NCBI RefSeq assembly: GCF_033153115.1 | Contig: NW_026889771.1 | Coordinates: 3,162,001 to 3,226,000 of the forward strand | Reading direction: 5' to 3' | DNA length: 64,000 nt | Origin: Saccostrea echinata | Lineage: Eukaryota | In this document: piece by piece, positions 55,501-64,000 of the stretch | Layout: the number at the start of each line of letters is the position of its first letter | Position numbering within the stretch: position 1 is the stretch's first letter | The notes under the pieces: model-generated | The model's database searches: none | Told to the model about the DNA's origin: nothing | What the model saw: only the letters and a program-made list of their open reading frames with translations | Made by a program: the position numbers and the translations under genes

Positions 55501-58500
55501 AATTTGTTGTGTATGGTATGGACAGACGCACGTATAAACAGGAAGTTGAAATCGGATTCGTACAAAAATGAATCCCACCATATGGCATGCCTAAACAAAG
55601 AATGTACTAAAATTTCAAGCATCTGCAGTCAATAGTTGCTGAGAAAACTGCGACCAAAATTTGTTATGTATGGTACAGACAGATGCATGGATAAACAGGA
55701 AGTTGACATCAGATTCGTACAAAAATGAATCCCACCATATGGCAAGCCTAAACAAAGAATGTGCTAAAATTTCAAGCATCTGCGAGAGTTGCTGAGAAAA
55801 CTGTGACGAAAAATTTGTTACGGACAGACAGATACACAGACAGACAGACACATATGGGTAAAACAGTATACCCCCCTCTCCTTCAGAGCGGGGGTATAAT
55901 AATTCACACTGAACAGATAATACAGCTAGGTCACAGCATCTCTGTTTGAAGTATGAGACCGGATGATCAAATTGTCATGACTAAACAAAGCAAATGACCT
56001 TGATCTTTGACCTTTTCATCTTTAATATCAACTGACCTTTTCTCCAGGTCAATTTGCTTCACTAGGGCAATTAAAAGATTAACATGTTACAGTATGATTA
56101 GTATAATCAAGGACAACTTGAACAGAAAACTTTTTCATGAATGCCCTGCATGCATTGATGACGTTTTCTGTCCAATGTTTCTTTTATTCCTCATTCAAAG
56201 AAAAAATATCAAAGTACTGAAAGTACTCATGGGAGTTGAACATTGTAATGTGAAAGATTTAACAGGAAGTAAAGGAGCTATAGTGTCGGAACATTTTTTT
56301 ATGCTTTAGATACAAACCAACTATTGCAGATTTGCTAGAGATACAACATCAAACATAAGAAATAATTTCAAAAACATTTGAATAACGAAGATCATGGGCC
56401 ACAATACTCACCTGAGTAACTTTAATGACTTTAACCGTGTTGTTCTTATTCAGATTTTCAAAACTTTTACCACTTAATATTCCCATGCAGGGACGTAGCA
56501 TCGTTTTTGAAAAGGGGGGGGGCTCGAAAATTCTATTTTTTGGGTGTGGGGATAGGTTTCAAACTTCTTTCAGTATCAAATTTTACTCATACACTACTAC
56601 ATCACCCCTATTTGAATATTCTGCAACGAACAGTAGGGGGACGGACTTTCAATGAACATTTACAATATTAAGTTTCTATAAATTTCATGTTTGGAAAAAA
56701 GGGGGGGCAGACCCCTCCCCCTCTTCAATGCTACGTGCCTGTCATGAAAAAAAATGTGTCAGCATAAATTAATATGGCGATATCAAACCCTGAGGGGTCT
56801 CTAAATCTACACAATATTAATAACAATGTCTTGCAATTATGAGGATTTTTTCCCTGTACAAATACATTCAACTTAAATCCCAATTTACTTAATTCATTAA
56901 ATATACCAAATTAATTTTTAGCCAATTCTCACATAGTATCCATATAATATAAGAGTGCAGAACATTAACTGGCAGATTAGAAATATGCAGCTTACGTCAT
57001 TTAAATTTCCATCTGTTACAATCAGAATGTTTAATGAGAGACAATGAAATGAGCAGGTACAATTCAAGACGGACGTCCGAGAAAACATTGGATTGAAATT
57101 CTAGTTTGAAATTCATTTTCAATCCAACTGAGCTGTTTCTAAACCTAAAGTGTGAATGTATGATCCGAAAGACAAATAATTTCAATTCCCAAATACATGT
57201 TGTTTGACATTCATATTTATGTGAGTACTTTAGCATATAATTTTAAGGATACGTAAAAGTAAAAGAAGACAGAGATTACTTTTTCAGGGGACGGCCATTT
57301 GATTCTAGAAGGGGGGTCAAAAATTGTTGAGTCAGATCATGCCTCCACATGATAGAATATATCTATTTCTAGGATGACAAAAGCTTTTTTTTTTAGTTTT
57401 GTCTTCACTGAAAACTGTTTGACAAACAAAACCAGGGAGGGGTTGTCAATTTAAAAGAAAATTTTCATATTTATTCCAAGATCGTTCAGCCCCCTCCCTC
57501 CCAGCATACACATTCACATACCAAACAGAAATCAAATATTTGTCCGTTTATATTTCTTTAAATACACTGGACAGAAAATTCTGATTTATATAAATTTCAA
57601 ACTATTCCAAAATTGAAATTATTTGTCTTCTTGGTCAATCAGTAACACCGTACGTTCTTGTGTAGCTGAGGTAGATTGAAAATGAATTTCAAACTGGAAA
57701 TTCAATCCAATGTTTTCTCGGACGTCCGTGTCAAATTGTACCACACATTTCATTGTTTATCGTTTAACATTTTGACGGTAACAGATGGAGATGACGTAAG
57801 TTAATATTCCGCGGTCTTAATTTGTTAAGCCAACTGAATCAACACAACTTTGAATGGTTTGCATTCTAATGGTTCTATTGCAGCAAAGTTTCCTCAAAAC
57901 AAACGAAACTTTTTAAGTCATTTGGATGTAAAATATTAATGGACATGCTGATACAGCTCATCCAAATTTCTGAAAATAAAATCTTTATCTTCTGGGCTCC
58001 TTTCTTTAATATTTCGAACATTGATAATTTATTTAAAATACCTATGAAAGCATTTGAAGCACAACGCCCTCCCTACTCTCTTCTGAATATGTACAAGATC
58101 CCCATGGCCGTAGGAACCGGGGGGGGGGGGGGGGGGGGGGGCGGGGGGGCCGTGCCTCCCCAATAATTTTGCCGATATATATATATTACTATAGAAAACA
58201 TAGATACTATATGTCTGTGCCCCCTCAATAATAACGTCTGATGACCTTTTTTTTTTTTTTTTTTGCTTGTCAAGAAATTTTTGGTAGTAGATAGTGCCCC
58301 CTCGACTGAAAATGTATGGCTGTGCCCCCCCAAACTGAAATTGCTTCCTACGGGCCTGATCCCTGGTGCCAACAACCAACTGGCACTTTTTATTTTCAAT
58401 GTTACCATCACCAGACACAAAATTGTCATTTTTTTCTTCCTCTGATTGGAACAAGTACTTGATATTATCTTTTGGGTATAACTGGTTCTTTTCGGACACA

Positions 58501-61500
58501 ATAATTAATTTTTATAGAATTTTTGTATTTAATTTTTCTATCAAAATGTTTTTATCTTTATAACTCAATCATTATGTATTTTTTTAAATCCCATAATTTT
58601 TAATTTCATGTCAAGAAATTTCTATATAGAAGTAAGTATCTCTGAATACTTTGCCTTTTGTTTCTTTGTTTTACATCTCTTCGAGAATTTTTCTCATAAA
58701 GAGACACTACCACTTGCCAATGGAGGCTAGGGCTGCAAATTTTTACCTATACAGGACACTCAGAACCATTGAGCAGTGAGGGATTTTTTTTTTTTTTGGG
58801 GGGGGGGGTGCCAGCACCTACTGCGAAACGGGATCTCGGTTTATACGGTCTCATTCGAAGGGTCCGTTTCTAAATGCATACCGCAGTGGGATTCGAACCC
58901 ACGACGTAATGTTTAACACCTTACTTTGAATCTCTAGAGCAAACGATTTTGAACAACTGTGCGACGTGAGTGAAATTTACTATTTGTGATTTTGATTTGA
59001 TACAAATTTCAGTGTAATTGAATTTCAGGTATACTATATACATGTAGCTGAGCTGGACAAGTTTTTCAAACTTTCAATGAATTAAAACGATCGACTTGAA
59101 TCTGTTTTGATTTTTTTTAAAAAATCAGATGTAGTTTAACGAGCTACTGCAAGAAATAAAACTGTTGTAATTATGAGGATCGATCTTTCTCGCATATCGA
59201 TCACTGGTCTTAATAAGCCATTGTGTCCGCACACGCATGCATTCATTCATTTTAATTGTTTTTATTAATAAAATCAAATGAGACATTTTTTAATAATAAC
59301 GTACTACTGCAATACACTTTTATATGCAGACATTTGAAATGCATTAATTAATGTAACACTCATTTTTCAAGTTCAGTACTAGTGTTGTACACGTGACCCA
59401 CTGAATGCTGATAAATTCATGAAATTAAGGATTAAAAATTAATGACATCTGAAATTGTCACACATTTACTTCTTTCTTTATAAGTAATTCTTATCTGCAG
59501 AGTTATCAAAAACACTCAATCTTGTCGGCAAGGTCAGTAAGGAATTTTCTGGACCGATAACGTACAAGAAAACACTGGTCCAAAAGACCGTTTAAAACAT
59601 TGAACGTGATGCAATTTTCTAAAACGCTGTGCCTAGGTAAGGACCACAAAACACTGAAATCGTACGTATATGGTGACGATTGTCGATCAAAATTGTTAAA
59701 GCATGTCTCTGATTAGAGACTCTGTATCATAAGATAGGACTTTTTGTGAGATCGAATATCATAAAACTTAAAAGGCATCTTATTTTAGTGCTACTATTTT
59801 TTCCCTTTATCAGCGATTCAGCGCATGTATCTGGTCTGACAAAACTTTGTCCAGTCTAACAGATCATTTGACTTTGTCAGACCTAATGTCTGACAGTGAT
59901 TCAAAAATTTTGACATCTCTGCTCCGAAAATCACTGCACAGTAAATTCATTTACAGTTGTATAGACTTTACATTTGTATCTGTCCTAATATACTTAGAAG
60001 CATAGGTGAAATATTTGCAAGATTTTGCCATGGTTTATTTCCTTCATCACATGACTATTAATTGTTTGGAAGTTTGAAAAATAACAATAAAAAAAGTTTC
60101 AGCTTGTTATATGATCTAACATAAACGGTTATAATTTGTTGTTTTTCTCACTTAAAATTTACATACGTACATGTAGTTCGAATGTCAGACCTGGCTGTTC
60201 CGACTTATTTTATCAAGAATTTCATATGTGAAATGCTTATAAATTTTATGCCACATGAAAACAACTTGAAAACTCAAAAAGCTTAATTTAGTAATTTATC
60301 TTAAAGTTTCACCTTTCTGTGTACGTTAATCACCTTCTCTCCGATTTTCTTCCTCTTCGATGTTAAACGTGTTAGGATTCAATATTAAACGAACAATTGT
60401 TCATTTATATCCAAATCAATGTAATTTTTTTTTATTCTTTTGATGTTTATTGTATTACCAAATAAATATTGTTGAAAACTTCGAATATTTATGGCTAAAA
60501 ATAGGTATTACATTGATTGTGAAATAATGTTTACCACGTGTCAGTCAATGCAAAGAGGTTTCGCGCAGTCATATAGTCACTTGTACAGAGTTGTCGTTAA
60601 TTTCCCTCTCATTGTTTATAGGTGCCGCTGTATGTGCTGCAAAGGAGGTTCGTGACGACAATTTTCAACATTTTTTTAGTTCTGTATAAATCAATTTTAA
60701 TTTAATCAAAATATAGTATTCAAATTAAGTTAAATGAAATTCAATTGATTTAGTTTCATATCATTTATCAAAATTAGATAAATTCAGAAAATTGAAATGG
60801 ACTATTTTATGGCAGACGTTTATGCAAGTTTACATTGAATATCACAGGAGTAAATTGGTCGACACAGAAGCCCCACAGACGGCCACTATATAATCAATAC
60901 AAATTACTGCGCTTAGAAAGCCCGTGATGACCAAGGGAGATTGAACATAGTTCAACTCCCAATAAGATTCAGCTTGATTGAAAATTGAAAACAACAAATG
61001 ACAAGCGATAAATGTTTTCTAGCATGAACTTAACAGCAATCTCCAAATTTTTTTTTGGTGACATCCTTAATCAATAAGACATTCAGTATAATGAAATAAA
61101 TAGTGCATGTTGTTGAGGGTAACAGTTGAAATTGACAACCCAAGGAAAACCATTGTTGACGCATTGGTTGACAATGGTTTTCCTTGGGGTGTCAATTTCA
61201 ACTGTTACCCTCAAAAACATGCACTATTTATTAGGGATGGCAATCAAATACAGAATTGCTAATCGGTTAACCGCAAGACGTTCCGACGGATTAGTCAGTT
61301 AATCATATCAAAATACACATTTTTGGACATTTTTTTCAAGTACCTCAGAGTCTGTACTTATATACAGGAAGCCTAAAAAACGTTAGAAGCTGGATACATT
61401 CTGTTTAACTTGGTCAGGAAACTACATGTACATATATTTTATTTCAGTTTCAATAGACAAGAAAAATTAAGAAAAACATGAAACATGCATGCCTGTAAAA

Positions 61501-62972
61501 TCAGACATTGATAATTTTCCGAGCAATTTCACACAAGTTCATTCTGCATTGTCACCATAATTAAAACGGTTTGTTCCCGTTTTGCACACATTTAAATTTC
61601 AGGTATTGATATTTGTTATTGTATTTTGTTACATAATACATAGTAATTAGTTATGTATTTGTTATTCTTTTAAATATATATCATAATGCATTGGTAAAAT
61701 GCAGGTATTTCCAGGTAAATCCCAGATGGAGATCAGACTATAACTGCTATCAAACATATTTGATTGATGATATTGTTCCATAATACCTACTTATCAAATG
61801 TGTGCAAAATGGGAACACACCATTAAAACTATATGTCTGATCTTTCACTTCATTTATAAGATTGTCTAATATAATATAATTTAATAGATAGCGGCATCAG
61901 ATAGACATACCAATTTTCACAGTGTTCAACAATGATAAGATAAAACACAAGATTGAAAAAAGTGTTAAAGAAAGAAAGAAAAGCTAATATGTGTTGTTTG
62001 CAGCTATCGGAGTTTGGACGAATAATTGCGAAATCTCTTTTAGTCATTTACATGTAGGCCTACATGCATATCCGTATAAAATGAAGAAATAGGTACAAGA
62101 AAAGATCTTTTGTATAAAATTATTAAATTGATATTATTTACAGGAACGTTTTGATTCAATATGTTTTGGCAAATCCTGAGTGACATCTAAAATCTTCGAC
62201 TTTCGATGACACCCGAATATTCTCGCTAACGAGGACGTGTCCACTCATGAGTTTGCGGACGCATCGTTTTTAAGAACCTTGCGTCCCAAATAATTTTGCT
62301 GCGTCCAGTACGCAGCTTCTTGCGTTAATGAGAATCCTGTGACATACGCACAACTTATCATACTTGCATGTATAAAATATATATCTGAAGAAATATTGAA
62401 AAATATTTTGCGATTGTAATTTTTGCGGATTTGTCCTATCCGCAAAATTCCGCAAAAATTGGACAACCGCAGAAAATACCCGTTATACGGTATTTAATAT
62501 AATTAAAGAATTACAGGACAGTCGTAACAGCATGGGGTTCTTAAAAACGTTATTAACACTTCACAAACTGACCATCAATCCGGAGAGTCATTACTCGTAA
62601 TTACCCCCAAAGGAGAGTCATTAATTACCCCAAAGAAGCTTGAATAGATATGAGAAAAAAGCTGAATTATCAACTTTACTGTATTCCTTTCCAGAAAAGA
62701 AATATTGAGATGATATGGGAAGGGGGCCTAATACTTAGACTTTTACATTTCAAATCAACAATTCTCAACCTCTGAAGCTATCCAGAAACATCCAAGAAAA
62801 CTCAATTTTTTTTCTTTAGTTATTTATACCAGAGGGGTACTGTTCCATTGTGACATCAGGCTGACTTCAGAAGATGTCTTGACCTCTCCTGGAATTGTCT
62901 CCCATGACACATTGGCACATCCACAAGAACCCAGGGATGAAGCATTAATGTATTCTGTAGGCAAAGGTTTCT
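30311..62972 (-). CDS. Type I cytokine receptor, gp130/LIFR/Domeless-like (5'-incomplete; 14 exons in window)
   Basis: All exons have GT-AG boundaries and compatible phases, giving one ORF of ~1057 aa: FN3 with WSXWS-like motif, three further FN3, single TM, tyrosine-rich tail with no kinase or phosphatase domain. Confidence 0.85.
31767..33006 (+). mobile_element. HINE-type element with ~166-bp core (intronic)
   Basis: TTTTAGCTCACCTGAGCC..GTGAGCTTTTCTGAT start, (GTC)n, tandem core, end CAGGTGAGCGATGTGGTCCATGGGCCTCTTGTT. Confidence 0.9.
33733..33876 (-). CDS. Receptor cytoplasmic exon (GFENGSFDTG...GYKSHADFLQ)
   Basis: tttgcag| and |gtaagt, 144 nt, phase 1-1, open frame. Confidence 0.75.
34518..34863 (-). 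CDS. Receptor cytoplasmic exon (NGTTSNG...DSGHGS...TQCVH)
   Basis: ctcctcag| and |gtaata, 346 nt, phase 0-1, within ORF 34408-34914. Confidence 0.8.
36233..36310 (-). CDS. Receptor exon PTGSNLYNLITTPADRSRSSSPLITP
   Basis: ttttcag| and |gtaagt, 78 nt, phase 0-0. Confidence 0.75.
36711..37132. mobile_element. Insertion with a ~126-bp terminal palindrome and 14-bp inverted repeats
   Basis: Absent at the equivalent sites in both duplicates (~14240, ~23778); palindrome centred on AGATCT 36775-36780; TTTATTATATACCC / GGGTATATAATAAA. Confidence 0.75.
37540..37615 (-). CDS. Receptor juxtamembrane exon (RQVKRKLGLDETFDIENIQVRPLENR)
   Basis: tttacag| and |gtatgt, 76 nt, phase 2-0; basic stop-transfer residues. 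Confidence 0.85.
37955..38042 (-). CDS. Receptor transmembrane exon (DLTDASIAGIAIGGIFVLVLVIAGFVCVCR)
   Basis: ttgtag| and |gtatgt, 88 nt, phase 1-2; ~23 hydrophobic residues. Confidence 0.9.
39752..39897. other. Assembly gap (N run)
   Basis: Run of n. Confidence 1.
40251..41465 (-). mobile_element. HINE-type element, same family as 19416-20825, one core unit fewer
   Basis: Same termini, 179-bp core and (GACT)n. Confidence 0.85.
41658..41816 (-). CDS. Receptor FN3 exon (..YTLRNLEADTEYGVWVKAISLTKEG..)
   Basis: FN3 L-x-x-x-T-x-Y-x-V-x-V-x-A motif; 159 nt, phase 1-1. Confidence 0.9.
42055..42219 (-). CDS. Receptor FN3 exon (VPPPVQ..NSLVVSWIP..YQIIYC..)
   Basis: FN3 N-half W and Y positions; 165 nt, phase 1-1. 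Confidence 0.9.
43003..44163 (-). mobile_element. Degenerate HINE-type element
   Basis: AACTAGA end, (GACA)n microsatellite, terminal hairpin TAGGGCACC..GGCCCTAAT. Confidence 0.55.
44219..45111. mobile_element. Non-autonomous hAT-like element with 6-bp target duplication
   Basis: TIR CAGGGGTGTGCAATTA / TAATTGCACACCCCTG, ACCTTT on both flanks, subterminal CTAGCCC repeats. Confidence 0.85.
45150..46106. repeat. 27-28 bp minisatellite (~35 copies) derived from the exon end and splice donor
   Basis: Unit (minus) ATGTGAAAGATGCAG-GTACAGTACTAGA; the exon ends ATGTGAAAGATGCAG|gtataag. Confidence 0.9.
46107..46278 (-). CDS. Receptor FN3 exon (GEIHIL..VIFGVAAIN..SSGIKWQEECRYVKDA)
   Basis: tattcag| and |gtataa, 172 nt, phase 0-1. 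The exact donor is uncertain because of the repeated donors. Confidence 0.85.
47105..47256. repeat. ~150-bp imperfect palindrome
   Basis: AATAAACAACG..TTCAGTGAACATGGCATT / AATGCCATGTTCACTGAA..CGTTGTTTATT, centred on GCGTTAACGC. Confidence 0.85.
48058..48200 (-). CDS. Receptor FN3 exon (DVVSPQKV..VQISW..DVVWCKV..LQCQ)
   Basis: ttactag| and |gtaata, 143 nt, phase 1-0; the xxWC motif resembles gp130 D5. Confidence 0.85.
48908..49207 (-). mobile_element. tRNA-derived SINE
   Basis: Reverse-strand A box (GGCGCAGTGGTTAGAGTG) and B box (GGTTCGAATCCC); same core as the SINE at 9952. Confidence 0.85.
50284..50482 (-). CDS. Receptor FN3 exon (KIPRKFQNGPLKEYRV..VSVQGCNRRGCSPDSSIYIP)
   Basis: ttgtag| and |gtaaat, 199 nt, phase 0-1; NG-x-L-x-x-Y and N-x-x-G-x-S motifs as in gp130 D4. 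Confidence 0.9.
52266..52429. other. Assembly gap (N run)
   Basis: Run of n. Confidence 1.
52479..52567 (-). CDS. Receptor FN3 exon (VPSLAPSMQPSGY..GNRSITVYWE)
   Basis: gttgtag| and |gtaatg, 89 nt, phase 1-0; PSxAP...R-x-h-x-h-x-W as at the gp130 D4 start. Confidence 0.85.
53424..54006. mobile_element. Cluster of short MITEs (two TA-CAGT..ACTG-TA Tc1/pogo-type copies flanking a ~105-bp hairpin element)
   Basis: TACAGTTGA..GATATCTCGAAC / GAGGTTTGACT(G)TA; related copies near 15990, 26395, 38735 and 63340; inverted repeat CATTGAGGGAG / CTCCCTCAATG at 53607-53710. Confidence 0.65.
54185..54695. mobile_element. MITE with ~50-bp imperfect TIRs
   Basis: TGGACTTTTACGAGAAGCACTGACTTTTACA.. / ..TGTAAAAGTCAGCGCTTCTCGCAAAAGTCCA. 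Confidence 0.75.
54822..54966 (-). CDS. Receptor FN3 exon with WSXWS-like motif (..NLIPATTYTVEVKIKPLRGLYYSDP..)
   Basis: atttag| and |gtatta, 145 nt, phase 0-1. Confidence 0.9.
55133..55900 (-). mobile_element. pearl/CvA-like HINE element with ~157-bp tandem core (~4 units)
   Basis: Core ACAGGAAGTTGAC.. at 55224, 55382, 55538 and 55695; (GACA)n; terminal hairpin TATACCCCCCTCTC..GAGCGGGGGTATAAT. Confidence 0.8.
56488..56741. mobile_element. Short hAT-like MITE
   Basis: CAGGGACGTAGCAT / ATGCTACGTGCCTG with CCATG/TCATG flanks. Confidence 0.65.
56950..57820. mobile_element. Foldback-type element with long (~160-185 bp) imperfect inverted arms
   Basis: ..ACGGACGTCCGAGAAAACATTGGATTGAA.. versus ..TTCAATCCAATGTTTTCTCGGACGTCCGT.. 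Confidence 0.75.
58103..58358. mobile_element. Short hAT-like MITE with poly-G and 5-bp target duplication
   Basis: CATGGCCGTAGGAA / TTCCTACGGGCCTG, ATCCC on both flanks. Confidence 0.7.
58660..58966 (-). mobile_element. tRNA-derived SINE (degenerate)
   Basis: Collinear with 48908-49207, including GGGATTCGAACCC. Confidence 0.75.
61095..61232. repeat. ~135-bp imperfect palindrome
   Basis: AATAAATAGTGCATGTT..GAGGGTAACAGTTGAAATTGACA / TGTCAATTTCAACTGTTACCCTC..AACATGCACTATTTATT. Confidence 0.85.
62830..62972 (-). CDS. Most 5' receptor exon found in the window (KPLPTEYINASSLGSCGCANVSWETIP..)
   Basis: ttttgtag| and |gtataa, 143 nt, phase 1-0; KPxP...VSW FN3 start that joins the 54966 exon in frame. 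Confidence 0.8.
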
Positions 62973-64000
62973 CTACAAAATAAAATTGAAAAAAGTGTTT
63001 TATGTACTGTTAATAAATAATTTTAATGGCAATCATATATTAGTGCATTTTGTGCTGTTTCTTGTTCCCTAATTTATTTACATGCTAATAACGTGTAAGC
63101 AGAAATTTTAGCAAGGACTCAATTTTGACATTTTTAGCAAGGATGTTGAGATCACTAAAATAAAATATTGCTAACAATTTATTCTGCATAAGAGGTCACC
63201 GCAATCTTTTTATGCACCATAAAATCACTAAAATTATTTCCCACTAAAATTAAATACTGAATTTTAAGGACAAATCGCTAAATTGCGTCTCACTAAAAAT
63301 ATCATGGACATGTCAAAATGATTGGGAAGTGCTTACCACATATTTCTGAAGTATTTTACCCTTAATGGATATCTTGAACCCTCGAATATCTCAGTTTTTT
63401 CTCAGTCCCATTGAATTTGAGATAAAGAGGTTTGACTGTAGCTCATAGAATACTGTTTTCATATAATTATGTATCCATGGCTGTGAAGTCACAAGGGTTT
63501 CTGTATGAATTTGATCAAGTCAAATATTGTGGATTTACATATACTAATCGGTATGTGTAAAACATGAAATAGCTATACGTGTAAAACATATGATAAAAAG
63601 AATCTCTCATGGTCTGTGGTTAGATTGTTATATGCAACACATAAATAGTGTATTTGAAGTACAAGATTTATTTGAAAAGGGTTTTTCTTTGGTGCAGGTT
63701 TATTTTCTCCTACAATTAAAAATAAATAATCTTAATCTGTTTAATTCTGCCGAACTCTAACACAATATTAATTTATAGATACAAAACACTTCTGCATTCT
63801 TAACAAATTAATTTTTAAATTTAACACTTGTTCCACATGAAAATAATTTCCTTAAACATTCAAAACAACTGCTACTTCCTCCCAACCCTTCCTCCATTTA
63901 ACCTGTCCCAATTTCCCCCCAGAACCCTTAAAATCTCAAAACAGGACATCCTCTCTAACTAGAACAGCGGATATGAGCATTGTCTCCCCATCTGAAGACC

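Noticed and set aside
58029-58501. 142-156 aa ORFs with poly-Pro/poly-Lys
   Set aside because: They come from poly-G and poly-T runs of a MITE.

Overview
AT-rich, intron-rich animal DNA. The repeat families (Helentron/HINE-type elements with 157-180 bp satellite cores, Penelope-like RT relics, tRNA-SINEs) suggest an oyster-like bivalve; this is an inference. The main content is the 3' part of a minus-strand type I cytokine receptor gene (gp130/LIFR/Domeless-like). I reconstructed 14 GT-AG exons with mutually consistent phases from 62972 to 30311, about 1057 aa; the 5' end lies beyond the window. They encode four FN3-type domains (one with a degenerate WSXWS-like motif), one TM helix and a long tail with a DSGxxS degron, two YxxQ motifs and an array of 12 YVP motifs. 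Downstream lie two tandem, ectodomain-less partial duplicates of the gene's 3' end that share a ~4.7 kb deletion. One keeps intact TM and juxtamembrane exons next to a Harbinger relic; the other is disabled by a stop codon, frameshifts and a mariner insertion. One intron holds a ~35-copy minisatellite built from the adjacent exon end plus its splice donor. Bases 2-139 are probably the last codons of a convergent plus-strand gene. The rest is nested transposon debris and three N gaps. No prokaryotic system, CRISPR array, rRNA or true tRNA was seen.
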